This document shows, piece by piece, positions 63,430 through 64,000 of a DNA stretch of 64,000 nt. Origin of the DNA: an uncultured Chthonomonadaceae bacterium (GTDB taxonomy: Bacteria > Armatimonadota > Chthonomonadetes > Chthonomonadales > Chthonomonadaceae); the NCBI GenBank assembly GCA_963817895.1, contig CAWFQB010000007.1, forward strand, positions 64,001 through 128,000. Direction: 5' to 3'. Positions within the stretch are counted from its first letter, which is position 1. Every line of letters begins with the position of its first letter. The position numbers and the translations under genes are program-made. The notes below the pieces were generated by a model. The model was given only the letters and a program-made list of their open reading frames with translations, did not search any database and was not told the DNA's origin.

Positions 63430-64000
63430 TCAGAACCGTCCGCAGGGCGGCGCGGCAGTGACAGTAATGTTTCCCCTGCCCCCGGACGCGGCCAGCGTGA
63501 CCTGATTGCGGCCATTCTGCTTGGACAGATACAATGCTTTATCCGCCTCCTCAATCATCAGCGCGGGATCGGGCGTGGAGAGTTGCAGCGACGCGACACC
63601 CACGCTCACGGTAATTGCCCGTTGCTTCCACTCATGCCCCGCAATGGCTTCGCGAATACGCTCGGCCAGAATCAGCGCGCCTTCAGTGTCGGTTTCCGGC
63701 AGAACAATGACAAACTCCTCCCCGCCATAGCGAGCGACAAAATCCGTCGCCCGGGCTTCTGCTTGAAGCGCGGCGGACACCTGTTTCAACACCTCATCTC
63801 CCGCCGGGTGGCCGAACGTGTCATTGAACTGCTTGAACTTGTCCACATCGAGCAACAGCAAGGCAAGCGGCTTGTGATAGCGGCGGCTGCGCTCGAATTC
63901 CGCGGCCAGTTTCTCCTGAAAACTGCGGTGGTTTTTCAGCCCCGTCAATCCATCCGTTGTCGCCAGCGCCTGTAATTGCGCGTTTGCGGCTTCCAGTCTG
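63430..64000 (-). CDS. Diguanylate cyclase (GGDEF), 5' part outside the window
   Basis: TGLKNHR, DVDKFKQFNDTFGH, RATD I-site, RYGGEEF. Confidence 0.95.
   Translation of the reverse strand, partial: RLEAANAQLQALATTDGLTGLKNHRSFQEKLAAEFERSRRYHKPLALLLLDVDKFKQFNDTFGHPAGDEVLKQVSAALQAEARATDFVARYGGEEFVIVLPETDTEGALILAERIREAIAGHEWKQRAITVSVGVASLQLSTPDPALMIEEADKALYLSKQNGRNQVTLAASGGRGNITVTAAPPCGRF

Overview
Bacterial chromosomal window, GC-rich with AT-richer patches at about 21.4-26.2 kb and 28.3-28.7 kb. Gene content (DUF1559-type prepilin-domain protein, CRTAC1/ASPIC-UnbV proteins, DUF6785-like membrane protein, PEP-CTERM protein, HEAT protein with LLRP tail) suggests Armatimonadota; this is inference. 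About 20 genes are split by 1-nt indels, most likely long-read consensus errors, so split ORFs were merged. Main contents in order: a PIN-type toxin-antitoxin pair; a stress/desiccation cluster (YsnF/AvaK, two exported ferritin-like paralogs); a defence-rich stretch with a NACHT-LRR NTPase interrupted by an intact IS3-family element, a small PD-(D/E)xK nuclease, and a NotI-family restriction enzyme whose partner methyltransferase has an in-frame TAG; a spore-photoproduct-lyase-like radical SAM enzyme; obg-membrane protein-proB-glycosyltransferase; a prepilin/TPR/CRTAC1/multiheme cytochrome c locus; GH127 and GH32 glycosidases; and a partial GGDEF gene. The most striking non-catalogue signal is a family of dispersed 7-, 8-, 9- and 10-nt tandem-repeat cassettes and REP-like palindromes. 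They often form inverted pairs, and some have entered coding sequences, including two inserts in proB. No rRNA, tRNA or CRISPR array was recognised.
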